NCBI GenBank assembly: GCA_002840305.1
Contig: PHAI01000002.1
Span: 202,707-266,706, forward strand
DNA from: Candidatus Falkowbacteria bacterium HGW-Falkowbacteria-1
GTDB taxonomy: Bacteria > Patescibacteriota > Patescibacteriia > Patescibacteriales > UBA12465
Length of the DNA stretch: 64,000 bases
Reading direction: 5' to 3'
The position numbers and the translations under genes were made by a program. Each line of letters starts with the position of its first letter. The first letter of the stretch is position 1. Positions 8,589 to 17,640 of the stretch are shown here, piece after piece. Below the pieces are notes generated by a model, which was not told where the DNA came from, did not search any database, and saw nothing but the letters and a program-made list of their open reading frames with translations.

Positions 8589-10022
8589 TTAAATATTAGA
8601 AGAATTAATTTTTAATAAACTATAGGCTATCCTAAAAACATCACCAGCGCCCATAAGTAAAATAACATTATCAGCTCCAGCTACTTTTTTCAATTCTTTT
8701 TCGACCAACTTCATGTCTTTAAAATATTTTAATTCTTGTTTTTTATTTTTTTCTAAATTATATTGCTTCACTTTATTAAGTAAGTCAACACTCGACAGCC
8801 CACCCCCCTGCTCTCTAGCCGAAGTATAAATTTCCAACAAAAAAAGAGAATCACTTAGAACAAAACTCTTGGCAAAATCATCAAGCAAAACCTTTGTTCT
8901 GCTCACCGTATGTGGATGAAAAACTGTTATTATCTTTTTATTCTTATACCTTTGTTTTACGGCATCTAAACAAGCTTTTATTTCGCTAGGATGATGAGCA
9001 TAATCATCAATTATTACTGAGCCGTTATATTTACCTAAAACATCAAAACGACGAGAAGCTCCATTAAAAGAGTACAAATTGTTTCTTAGCCCCCCCAAGC
9101 TAACTCCCATTTCTAAGGATGCTGAAATAACGGCTAAAGAATTTAAAATATTGTGTCGACCCATTAGTTTTATTTTGAAATTGGCAAATTTTTTGCCATT
9201 TCTATAGACAGAAAAACTTTGGCCATAAGTCTCGGTTTTAATATTTTTGGCTTGATAAATTTTTTGATAACTTTCTTTGAGTTTATTATTTTTTTCTTCA
9301 ATGCAGTAAGCAATGGTTCTGCCATGATTTTTGGCGCCAACCTTAACCGACTGTTTATCCTCTAAATTAAGTACCAAAAATCCTTCTTTAGGAATTTTTT
9401 TAATGAAATCAAGAAAAACTTTATAATACTGTTTTTCATCTTTAAAATAGTCGGGATGATCAAAGTCAATATTATTCAAAATTACAGCTTTGGGGTTAAA
9501 ATACTTTAATTTGTTTTGATACTCATCTGACTCAACTATAAAATATTTGGAATCACCAGACAAAGAGCTGCCCTTGAATTGTCTAACATAGGAACCGCTT
9601 AAAACATTTGGTTTTAAACCTGCCTTATTTAAAACATGCCCCAACCAAGAAGTAACAGTGGTTTTACCATGACTACCACAAACTGAAACTCCAAAATAAT
9701 CAGCGAACAAAGACCCCAGGGCCTCGGCATAACTTATTATCTTTAAGCCTTTTTTATCTAAAAATTTTAATTCAATATTCTTATCAATCTCAAAAGCCGA
9801 AGATCTAACAACTAAGTCTATTTTTTTAGGAAAATTACTTAAAGAAAACCCTTGCTTTACCTTTATTTTAGCATTAAAAAGTGTCCTATCGGTTTGAAAT
9901 TCTTCTTTGACATCAGAGCCAGAAACACAATAACCTTTAGACACCAAAAACTGAGCCAACATTGTCATGCCGACTCCTTTTATGCCGACCATATAAATAT
10001 TAATATCTTTATCTTTAAACAT
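8589..10022 (-). CDS. murC: UDP-N-acetylmuramate--L-alanine ligase
   Basis: IYMVGIKGVGMTMLAQFLVSKGYCVSGSD and the Mur ligase P-loop GSHGKTTVTSW. Length 477 aa. Confidence 0.9.
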   Translation of the reverse strand: MFKDKDINIYMVGIKGVGMTMLAQFLVSKGYCVSGSDVKEEFQTDRTLFNAKIKVKQGFSLSNFPKKIDLVVRSSAFEIDKNIELKFLDKKGLKIISYAEALGSLFADYFGVSVCGSHGKTTVTSWLGHVLNKAGLKPNVLSGSYVRQFKGSSLSGDSKYFIVESDEYQNKLKYFNPKAVILNNIDFDHPDYFKDEKQYYKVFLDFIKKIPKEGFLVLNLEDKQSVKVGAKNHGRTIAYCIEEKNNKLKESYQKIYQAKNIKTETYGQSFSVYRNGKKFANFKIKLMGRHNILNSLAVISASLEMGVSLGGLRNNLYSFNGASRRFDVLGKYNGSVIIDDYAHHPSEIKACLDAVKQRYKNKKIITVFHPHTVSRTKVLLDDFAKSFVLSDSLFLLEIYTSAREQGGGLSSVDLLNKVKQYNLEKNKKQELKYFKDMKLVEKELKKVAGADNVILLMGAGDVFRIAYSLLKINSSNI

Positions 10023-10077
10023 AATTATTTTAACATTAACAAATCAAGCAATAATAATATAATTATAGCATATTTGT

Positions 10078-10108
10078 AAAAATAAAAAAGGCAAGAATGA
10101 TTCTTGCC
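10078..10108 (-). terminator. Rho-independent terminator after the 10121..10723 ORF
   Basis: The minus strand reads GGCAAGAA-tca-TTCTTGCC followed by TTTTTTATTTTT. Confidence 0.75.
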
Positions 10109-10120
10109 TCGCTGAAACAG

Positions 10121-10723
10121 TTAAACTTTCTTCTTTGAACAATGAGGATTCGCCCATTTAGAGCATTCATCCTGAGAATAATCCCAATCTATCTTGGGAT
10201 GTTCAAGCTGATAAATATGCACCACTGGCGATCCCTCGAGACGAGTTAATTTAGAACTCAATGCCCTAACGCAGCACCTCAAAAGGGTTTGATTAAAAAG
10301 GCAAAGAGATATGGCCTCGGCCAAGGTTAAAAAGGATTGATCCATATCGATATCCCTATTCCCGTCAAAGCAAGCTTCATCCAGATTAAAAATGTAATAT
10401 GGCTCACTGGGAGTTTTTATTAAATCTAAAATGTCCTCAGATCTAAAATAGGTATGACCTTGATTGCCTCGAAAACTAAGAAAATAAGCCTGGATTGGTA
10501 ATTCTATAATATCAAGAGGAATAACTGGAGAAAAAATAAGGTCGCCCGTAAACTTACCACTTAACATTATTTCATTTCCAGTTGACACAACCAAGTCTTT
10601 CTTTTCCATGAGACTTTCTATTGGACCAATAATTTTGTCGGCCGAAACGTTTAATTCCACCAAAGTCCTTATTTGTTTATCGAACAAACAAGAAAGATCT
10701 TTTAAGATCGTACTAGTTATCAT
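10121..10723 (-). CDS. Hypothetical protein (200 aa, Cys-rich C-terminus), a monocistronic unit inside the dcw cluster
   Basis: Long ORF with its own candidate promoter (TTGACT-17-TATGTT, 10797..10769) and its own terminator. I recognise no motif. Confidence 0.6.
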   Translation of the reverse strand: MITSTILKDLSCLFDKQIRTLVELNVSADKIIGPIESLMEKKDLVVSTGNEIMLSGKFTGDLIFSPVIPLDIIELPIQAYFLSFRGNQGHTYFRSEDILDLIKTPSEPYYIFNLDEACFDGNRDIDMDQSFLTLAEAISLCLFNQTLLRCCVRALSSKLTRLEGSPVVHIYQLEHPKIDWDYSQDECSKWANPHCSKKKV

Positions 10724-10846
10724 CTCCGCATTTTTTAATTGAAATTATTTTAATGGACTAATCAATTAAACATACAAAAAAAATAATAAAAAGTCAACAT
10801 CTTAATATTGACAAAAATCAAAAAATTTTGTAAGCTTAGCTGTAAT

Positions 10847-11032
10847 ATGGAAAACAAAAAGATATCACAAAAAGAGATAGAAGAAAAAAAAGGCAAGATA
10901 CAGCAAATATACAATAATTACATAGAAAAAATTAAAAAATTAAGATCAAAACAAGAAAATATTGTTCTCGTTTATATAAAAAACAAAGAAAAAGAAAAGC
11001 TAGAAAAAATAAGACAAAATATCAAAAAATAA
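10847..11032 (+). CDS. Small Lys/Glu-rich coiled-coil protein (61 aa from the ATG)
   Basis: MENKKISQKEIEEKKGKIQQIYNNYIEKIKKLRSKQENIVLVYIKNKEKEKLEKIRQNIKK. I prefer the ATG at 10847 over the TTG at 10808. That TTG is part of a TTGACA hexamer. Confidence 0.45.
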   Translation: MENKKISQKEIEEKKGKIQQIYNNYIEKIKKLRSKQENIVLVYIKNKEKEKLEKIRQNIKK

Positions 11033-11041
11033 TTTAAAAAT

Positions 11042-12523
11042 ATGTCTTCAGAAAAAAACATTTTAGAAGAACCAAGAATCTTGGATTCTAAGACGGAAAA
11101 TCAAGAGGATTTAGAAAAATCAGATCACGTCTGGAACGCCGAAGATATAATTAAATTTGGCAAAGAAACAATAGAAAAAATAAAAAACAAAGAAAGAGAT
11201 AACCACGCTTCCTATGAGTCGTTGTTTTTAGAAATGAAAAAATATGGAGAAGATAATCCAGAAGATTTCGAGGCCTTAAAAGAATTTCAAAAAATCCAAA
11301 AAGAAATAAATAATCTTTTTGCGGAACTGAAAGAAAAAATAAACAAAGAAAACAAAAACGAAAGACATCCATCACCCGAAGAAATAAAAAGCAGAATTAT
11401 AAGTAGAGAGTCTAACGAAGACGAAAAAAACAGACTACAAGAAAGAATACCGTCACATCAAAAAGAAGCATTAAAATTATGCGCTAGTATTTTTAATAAA
11501 TGCGATTATCCTTGGTATTTAACCGGATCAATCGCTTTTTTAATAAACGCTAACGAAAGCAAAAAGCAACCAGATGACATTGACATTATCTTTCATGAAA
11601 AAGATTTTGCAAAAATGACAGAAGAATTCGGAAAAATAGGCTTTAAAACCGGCATAGCGGAAACAACCGGCTGTCCCTTTATAAAAGGAAAAATAAAAAT
11701 AGAAATACAGAACAAGGATGGTGAAATTGAAGAAAAAATGGTTGAGATGGAAGCTTTTGGTCAAAAAACAGAGGAGCCAAACGGACTAATAAACCCTGGT
11801 TCCAAAGACACCAAATATGAAGTAATAAAAAATAAACTATCAGAAAATGAAAATGAAGATTTTAATATTTTAGATAGATCCGGACAAATAGAGCTATATT
11901 TTAAAAATTTATCCAGTGAAATAAAAAACTTTAACCTTGATCACATATTGGATAAAATAAAAGAAGGAGATGAGGGAGTTGAAAATAAATCAAAAAAATT
12001 TATAAACCGACTGGCCAATTTATTTGAATTAAACAATAATAACCCCAGGGAAGTTATTGGCAAGGCTAGAAGATCATGCAAAAGTGAAGAAGATGTTTTT
12101 TTATTAAGAAGATTTATTGATATAAGCAAAAATTTCACAGAAAAAGAACCATCTGGAGAGGGCTTAACGAACGTACTCGACGATGGAGAGCTTCAAGCAT
12201 CAGTTGAAAAACTCAAGGAAATAATAGACAAAGAAATAAACGGAATAACTAAAAGCTACCAAAGCATAATAGAAAAAACAAAAAACATAGAGAATATCGA
12301 AGAAGAAGAAAGAAAAGACTTAATCATTAATATTGAAAATGAAATTCTAAGCAAAAGAATTATGATTAATAATTTTTTAAATTACCATGAAGATATAGAC
12401 AAAACCGATGAAGGATATAAAGATTTACCATTATACATATTTATAAACGAATTTAAGGACAATTTTGTAGAACCTTTTTGCAAAAAATTATCAGACATTG
12501 ACAACAAACTAAATAGAAAATAA
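11042..12523 (+). CDS. E/K-rich protein with a central Pol-beta-superfamily nucleotidyltransferase-like core
   Basis: PWYLTGSIAFLINANESKKQPDDIDIIFHEKDF fits the minimal NTase signature hG[GS]-x(9-13)-DhDh. Long charged, helical-looking regions flank it. Confidence 0.6.
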   Translation: MSSEKNILEEPRILDSKTENQEDLEKSDHVWNAEDIIKFGKETIEKIKNKERDNHASYESLFLEMKKYGEDNPEDFEALKEFQKIQKEINNLFAELKEKINKENKNERHPSPEEIKSRIISRESNEDEKNRLQERIPSHQKEALKLCASIFNKCDYPWYLTGSIAFLINANESKKQPDDIDIIFHEKDFAKMTEEFGKIGFKTGIAETTGCPFIKGKIKIEIQNKDGEIEEKMVEMEAFGQKTEEPNGLINPGSKDTKYEVIKNKLSENENEDFNILDRSGQIELYFKNLSSEIKNFNLDHILDKIKEGDEGVENKSKKFINRLANLFELNNNNPREVIGKARRSCKSEEDVFLLRRFIDISKNFTEKEPSGEGLTNVLDDGELQASVEKLKEIIDKEINGITKSYQSIIEKTKNIENIEEEERKDLIINIENEILSKRIMINNFLNYHEDIDKTDEGYKDLPLYIFINEFKDNFVEPFCKKLSDIDNKLNRK

Positions 12524-12534
12524 CAAAAATAAAT

Positions 12535-12729
12535 ATGAGTGCAGCCGAAAATCAAAAAAAAATGTTTTCAGTCGAAGAAATTAATCAACTGAACAAAGAA
12601 ACCGATCCAAAAAGATTGGAGGAATTTTTTTATGGTATTTTTTTAAGAGGCGGAGACAGCCAAGAAGAGGCTAGAAAAATGGCAAAAAAATGGTCAAATG
12701 AAATGACAAAAAACAATTTGCCAAAATAG
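12535..12729 (+). CDS. Small hypothetical protein (64 aa)
   Basis: This ORF starts 11 nt after the NTase-like gene. It ends 3 nt from the convergent murG stop. Confidence 0.4.
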   Translation: MSAAENQKKMFSVEEINQLNKETDPKRLEEFFYGIFLRGGDSQEEARKMAKKWSNEMTKNNLPK

Positions 12730-12732
12730 CAG

Positions 12733-13812
12733 TTATCTCAACAAACTCTTAATAATGGCAATCATACCCTGATTGCCATTTTTTATTATCTTAGAAGCAT
12801 TATTCCCTAATTTTTGTTGCCCGTCTCTATCGTTTAATATTTTCTCAATATTCTCAATAAAAAATTCGGACGATAATCTTTTTTCCTCAAGAACTACGGC
12901 TCCCTTCCCGTCACTAAACTCATCAGCATTATTCTCTTGATGAGAATTTGGCATCGGAATAAGAATAGCAGCTTTTTTCAAAAAAGAAATCTCAGTCAAA
13001 GTGGAAAGACCACAACGAGAAACAATCAAATCACTCACGGTCATTAAATCCATTAAATTATCATGATCCATGAAGGAAAATTTCAAATAGTTAACAGATC
13101 TAAGGTCATTTTTAATATCACGACTTTTATCACCAGAAATGTGAACTATATTGCAAGACAAACTTAAATCTTTAACAGAATTACTGACCAAGCTATTTAT
13201 AAACAAAGAACCGGTCCCTCCGCCCAAAATTAAAACTAGGGGCAAATCTTTGTTTAGATTATATTTATCAAAAATATTATTCCTTGAAATTGTTGTTTTG
13301 TTTTTTGCATCAAAACCAATATTGCCTATTAACCTGGCCCTTTTTCCATAACAACCTAAAGATTTATCAAAAGTAACGGTTATGACTTTAGCAAAGGGGG
13401 CCATCAACTTATTAGCTAAACCAGGTTCAACATCTTGCTGATGAATTAAAACTGGTATTTTTAAAAGCCAAGAAGCAAAAACCAAAGGAACAGAAACGAA
13501 AGCGCCAGCACTAATTAATATGCTTGGTCTCTCTCTCATTAAAAAAAATAATGACTGCCAAAATGCTCCAAAAATTTTGAACAAATCGATAAAATTAGAA
13601 ACGGAAAAATATCTCCTAAATTTGCCGCTGAGTATTGCCACATATTCCATATTCTCTTTGGCAACCATCTCCCTTTCTAAACCATCATAGGTACCAACAA
13701 AAATAAAATCAAAATCATTTTTCAATTCCCTACTTATAAAAAACAAAGGGACAACAGACCCGCCAGTTCCTCCCCCGCTCAAAATTATCTTCTTTTTTTT
13801 ATTGTCCTTCAT
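12733..13812 (-). CDS. murG: Undecaprenyldiphospho-muramoylpentapeptide beta-N-acetylglucosaminyltransferase
   Basis: KKIILSGGGTGGSVVPLFFISREL, a GT28 N-terminal glycine-rich motif. The C-terminal GT28 domain is present. dcw cluster context. Confidence 0.9.
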   Translation of the reverse strand: MKDNKKKKIILSGGGTGGSVVPLFFISRELKNDFDFIFVGTYDGLEREMVAKENMEYVAILSGKFRRYFSVSNFIDLFKIFGAFWQSLFFLMRERPSILISAGAFVSVPLVFASWLLKIPVLIHQQDVEPGLANKLMAPFAKVITVTFDKSLGCYGKRARLIGNIGFDAKNKTTISRNNIFDKYNLNKDLPLVLILGGGTGSLFINSLVSNSVKDLSLSCNIVHISGDKSRDIKNDLRSVNYLKFSFMDHDNLMDLMTVSDLIVSRCGLSTLTEISFLKKAAILIPMPNSHQENNADEFSDGKGAVVLEEKRLSSEFFIENIEKILNDRDGQQKLGNNASKIIKNGNQGMIAIIKSLLR

Positions 13813-14953
13813 AATTATTATTTTTAGCTTGACGACTAATATTTATTAAAATACCAAAGGCAACAAGCAACATAAGAAGCGATGTTCCTCCCGCGCTTAC
13901 AAAAGGGAGCGGCGCACCAGTCATGGGTATTAAATTTATCATTCCACCAATATTTAAAAAGGCCTGAATAAATATCCAAACAGAAATCCCAACAGCTAAC
14001 GACTTACCAAATAAATCAGGAGCCCGACCGGCTATTATCATTCCCCGCACAAAAATAAAAAAATAAACTAAAATCAAGATAAACGAACCAATAAAGCCGA
14101 TCTCTTCTGCTATTACTGGGAAAATAGAATCAGCCCAAACTTCTGGTAAATAATTAAATTTTTGGCGACTCTCTCCAAGTCCTCTGCCCCACAAACCACC
14201 AGAACCAACGGCTATCATCGATTGATTAACCTGATAACAAATATTTTTATCAAAATCTGGATTCTGCAAACATTTTATTCTTTCAGCCTGATAGGATCTG
14301 ATAATACTATTTTCTTCGTTAGAATTAATATTATTAAAAACAAACAAAACGCTAATGGCCATTAATAAAAACAAAATAAACAAATGGCTACTGTTCCCTC
14401 CAGCAACCATATAAACCATTAGGGAAATAAAACCGATTATTAAAAAAGTGCCTAAATCCGGTTGCCTTAGAATGAATACTCCAATTAATATCAAAACAGA
14501 CAAAAACGGCAAGATGCCATTAGAAAATTTCTTTAGATCATCTTTTCTCGATTCCAACCAGGCAGACAAATAAAACAAAAACAACAATTTAACGGCTTCA
14601 GAAACCTGAAAAGAATTACCAAAAACGACTATCCAGCGATAGGAGGTGCCATACTCATTTCTAATACCAGGAACAAAAACCAAGATTAATAGAACAAAAG
14701 AAAGAAGCAAAGCAAAGAAAGAGTATTTTTTAAAAAAGTGATAGTCAATTTTATAAAGAAAAAAGAACAAAGCTAGGCCTAAAAATAAACCAAAAAACTG
14801 TCTTTTGACATAATAGTAAGGATCACCAAAATTTGATTGAGCTATCGCCAAGGAGGCGCTAAAAAGCATCACTAAACCAAAAATGATTAGCAAAAGAACA
14901 GTAATAATCAAATACTTGTCAGCCGGAACTGATTGTTTGTTTTTTAAAAACAT
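13799..14953 (-). CDS. ftsW: SEDS-family peptidoglycan glycosyltransferase FtsW/RodA
   Basis: Polytopic membrane protein with SEDS-type motifs (AVGSGGLWGRGLGESRQKFNYLPEVWADSIF, PLPFVSAGGTS). It lies between mraY and murG. Confidence 0.88.
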   Translation of the reverse strand: MFLKNKQSVPADKYLIITVLLLIIFGLVMLFSASLAIAQSNFGDPYYYVKRQFFGLFLGLALFFFLYKIDYHFFKKYSFFALLLSFVLLILVFVPGIRNEYGTSYRWIVVFGNSFQVSEAVKLLFLFYLSAWLESRKDDLKKFSNGILPFLSVLILIGVFILRQPDLGTFLIIGFISLMVYMVAGGNSSHLFILFLLMAISVLFVFNNINSNEENSIIRSYQAERIKCLQNPDFDKNICYQVNQSMIAVGSGGLWGRGLGESRQKFNYLPEVWADSIFPVIAEEIGFIGSFILILVYFFIFVRGMIIAGRAPDLFGKSLAVGISVWIFIQAFLNIGGMINLIPMTGAPLPFVSAGGTSLLMLLVAFGILINISRQAKNNNYEGQ

Positions 14954-14959
14954 AAGAAA

Positions 14960-16012
14960 CTAAAAAGTAAAAGTTTTATCAAGTAAAAAAATTAACAAAC
15001 CAATAGCGGCTGTTACGGCCGATATCAACCAGAACCTCATAACAATCTTAAACTCTGGCCAGCCACAGGCTTGAAAGTGATGATGAATTGGCGCAGAAAG
15101 AAAAACTTTTTTGTTTCTCGTTTTTCTCGATATAATTTGAACAATAACCGACACAGATTCCATCAAAAATATAAAACCTATAAATGGTAAAAGCAAAATA
15201 TTGTTAGTGAGCAAGGCAATTATTCCCAAGGTAACACCCAAACTCATAGAGCCCGTATCACCCATGTAAAAACGGGCCGGTGGAATGTTAAACCACAAAA
15301 ATGCCAACAAAGCTCCAGCTATGACCCCACAAAATACAGCTAAATCGTATCTCTCCATCACAAAAGAAATGATTCCATAGGAAGCAAAAGCAAACAAAAG
15401 CGGACCTCCCGCCAAACCATCAAGCCCATCAGTTTCATTAACCGAAAAAGAAGTGGCTACAATTATAAAAATAAAAACAGGAATATACCACCAAGAAATC
15501 TGAAAGAATCCCAAGAAAGGAATATGTATCAAAGTCCAATCTAGTTTAAAATAGAACCATAAAGCTCCAACGGCAGCAATAATGGTATAAATAAGCAGAC
15601 GATGTCTCATTTTAAGTCCTCCTCCGCCCAAGGCACCACGGCCTGAAACATCAAGCCAATCGTCCAAAAGGCCAATTAAGGCCGCGGCCATTAAGGCCCC
15701 CAACGGAAGTAATGTTTCTTTTTGAGACAAAAAATTTAAATTAGCTATTAAACTATCAGGAAAAATAAGAGATAAATAATAAAAAACTAAAATAAAAACA
15801 AATAAAGTACCCCATATCAAAATCCCACCCATGGTTGGTGTTCCAGCTTTGTGGGCATGAAGTTTGGAAAATATTGGTGTATCACCACTATTTCTTATCT
15901 TTTTACCTAATTTATATTTATACAAAAAATTACTTAAAATCGGAGTCCACAAAACAGTAAAAACAAAAGCAAAAGTAGAGAGAAATAAGATCTTTATTAC
16001 TTGAAATTCCAT
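14960..16012 (-). CDS. mraY: Phospho-N-acetylmuramoyl-pentapeptide-transferase
   Basis: LLDDWLD, NETDGLDGLAGG, MGDTGSMSLG and APIHHHF motifs. Confidence 0.93.
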   Translation of the reverse strand: MEFQVIKILFLSTFAFVFTVLWTPILSNFLYKYKLGKKIRNSGDTPIFSKLHAHKAGTPTMGGILIWGTLFVFILVFYYLSLIFPDSLIANLNFLSQKETLLPLGALMAAALIGLLDDWLDVSGRGALGGGGLKMRHRLLIYTIIAAVGALWFYFKLDWTLIHIPFLGFFQISWWYIPVFIFIIVATSFSVNETDGLDGLAGGPLLFAFASYGIISFVMERYDLAVFCGVIAGALLAFLWFNIPPARFYMGDTGSMSLGVTLGIIALLTNNILLLPFIGFIFLMESVSVIVQIISRKTRNKKVFLSAPIHHHFQACGWPEFKIVMRFWLISAVTAAIGLLIFLLDKTFTF

Positions 16013-16016
16013 AATT

Positions 16017-16439
16017 TTATTTAAAATTTATTAAATAAACAAGAAGGACCGACAGCAACAAAAACAACTGAGTCAACAACAAAAAAGAAGCTGTAAAATA
16101 AAAAACAAATTTAAAATCACCAGTTCTTCTCTTTAAAAAAAATAATAAGAAAATTTTATTTAAAAAGATAAGAATCAAACTTAGAAGTGGGACTATAAAA
16201 ATATCACTTCTACCACCTATCAAGTCTATTCCTATATCAACATTATAATGTAAAATTAATCTATCCTGGGTAATATTATCAAAAATAAAATAGGAAAAAA
16301 TCCATAGAGAAATATTAACGATTAAAAAAAGGATAAAAAAAATCCTTACAAAAGAAAAGCGATAAAATTTAGACAACAATGCCTTCAAATCACTAATCGC
16401 TAGGGTTAAATAATCGTAAATCTTTATAAAAAAACTCAT
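16017..16439 (-). CDS. Hypothetical membrane protein (140 aa, about 4 TM)
   Basis: Hydrophobic ORF 4 nt upstream of mraY. No recognisable motif. Confidence 0.55.
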   Translation of the reverse strand: MSFFIKIYDYLTLAISDLKALLSKFYRFSFVRIFFILFLIVNISLWIFSYFIFDNITQDRLILHYNVDIGIDLIGGRSDIFIVPLLSLILIFLNKIFLLFFLKRRTGDFKFVFYFTASFLLLTQLFLLLSVLLVYLINFK

Positions 16440-16559
16440 AAAATTATATAAATAACAAGGCTTCAGTATCTACTTTTTGCTCATTTTTATTCTAGCATAT
16501 TTAAAAATAATATAAAATATGTTAAGCTATAATCAAATAATATAACAAAAAATTAAATT

Positions 16560-17231
16560 ATGAAGGTATTTTGCGTCATACCAGCCTGGAATGAAGAAAA
16601 AAACATCATAGAAACCATAAACAAAGTATTGCCCTATGTTGACGGCTTAGTGATTGTAGACGATTATTCAACTGATAAAACTGCTGAAATCTTGAAGCAG
16701 GTGAAAAATAACAAAATAACATCTTTGCATCACCCCATAAATCTAGGGCAAGGAGCCGCGCTACAAACCGGGAACGAGTATTGTCTTAAAAACGGAGCCG
16801 AAATAATTGTTCATTTTGATGCTGATGGACAATTTTTGGCCGAAGAAATACCAAAAATTATAAAACCAATATTGGAAGAAGAATATGAAATTGTTTTTGG
16901 ATCACGCTTCATGGAAATAAATTCTGATATTCCAAAATTTAAAAAAAATGTAATTCATCCACTAGCTAAAAAATTTAATTATATATTTTTTAGTATAAAA
17001 ACTAGTGATCCTCAAAGCGGTTTCAGAGCCATGACCAGAAATGTCGCCCAAAAAATAAAGATAGAAAGCGACAGAATGGCTCATTGCACAGAAATACTAG
17101 CAAAAGCTTTCGATTACAAATTAAGAATAAAAGAGGTTCCCATAACCGTTCTATACAAAGAATTTGGACAAAAATTTTCTGGCGGTTTTACAATAATAAA
17201 AGATCTAATTCTAAAAAAAATAAAAGGTTAA
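16560..17231 (+). CDS. Family 2 glycosyltransferase (polyprenol-phosphate sugar synthase-like)
   Basis: VIPAWNEEKNIIETINKV...VIVDDYSTDKTAEIL...HFDADGQ is a GT2 (GT-A fold) DxD-type signature. Length 223 aa. Confidence 0.85.
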   Translation: MKVFCVIPAWNEEKNIIETINKVLPYVDGLVIVDDYSTDKTAEILKQVKNNKITSLHHPINLGQGAALQTGNEYCLKNGAEIIVHFDADGQFLAEEIPKIIKPILEEEYEIVFGSRFMEINSDIPKFKKNVIHPLAKKFNYIFFSIKTSDPQSGFRAMTRNVAQKIKIESDRMAHCTEILAKAFDYKLRIKEVPITVLYKEFGQKFSGGFTIIKDLILKKIKG

Positions 17232-17314
17232 AAAAATAAAATTTCGCTTTCACTCTACAATATTGCTTATTAACCAACAAACAATAAACGAGAGCCACAA
17301 CGAAATAAAAAAAT

Positions 17315-17638
17315 ATGATACAACAAATAACCGCAATATTAATAATTTTGTTCTTTCTAACAAAACTCTTTAGTCAGTGGAGAAAAAAAAGCATTACAAT
17401 TAATGAAATGTCCTTCTGGATGATCTTCTGGATTTTAGCTGCATTAATTATTGTTTTTATAAAGCCGATAGATAGACTAGTAATAAAACTAGGATTTTCT
17501 TCCTCTGGTATTAACCTGGCTTTTTATTTAGCAGTAATGTTTTTATTTTATCTAATTTTCAAAATGCGATTAAAAATATCAAAACTAGAAAAAGACATAA
17601 GCAACTTGGCCAGAAAAATAACTCTAATGGAAAAATAA
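17315..17638 (+). CDS. DUF2304-like small membrane protein (a frequent partner of GT2 genes)
   Basis: 107 aa with about 3 TM and a C-terminal amphipathic helix (LFYLIFKMRLKISKLEKDISNLARKITL), as I recall for DUF2304. It lies immediately downstream of the GT2 gene. Confidence 0.6.
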   Translation: MIQQITAILIILFFLTKLFSQWRKKSITINEMSFWMIFWILAALIIVFIKPIDRLVIKLGFSSSGINLAFYLAVMFLFYLIFKMRLKISKLEKDISNLARKITLMEK

Positions 17639-17640
17639 AC

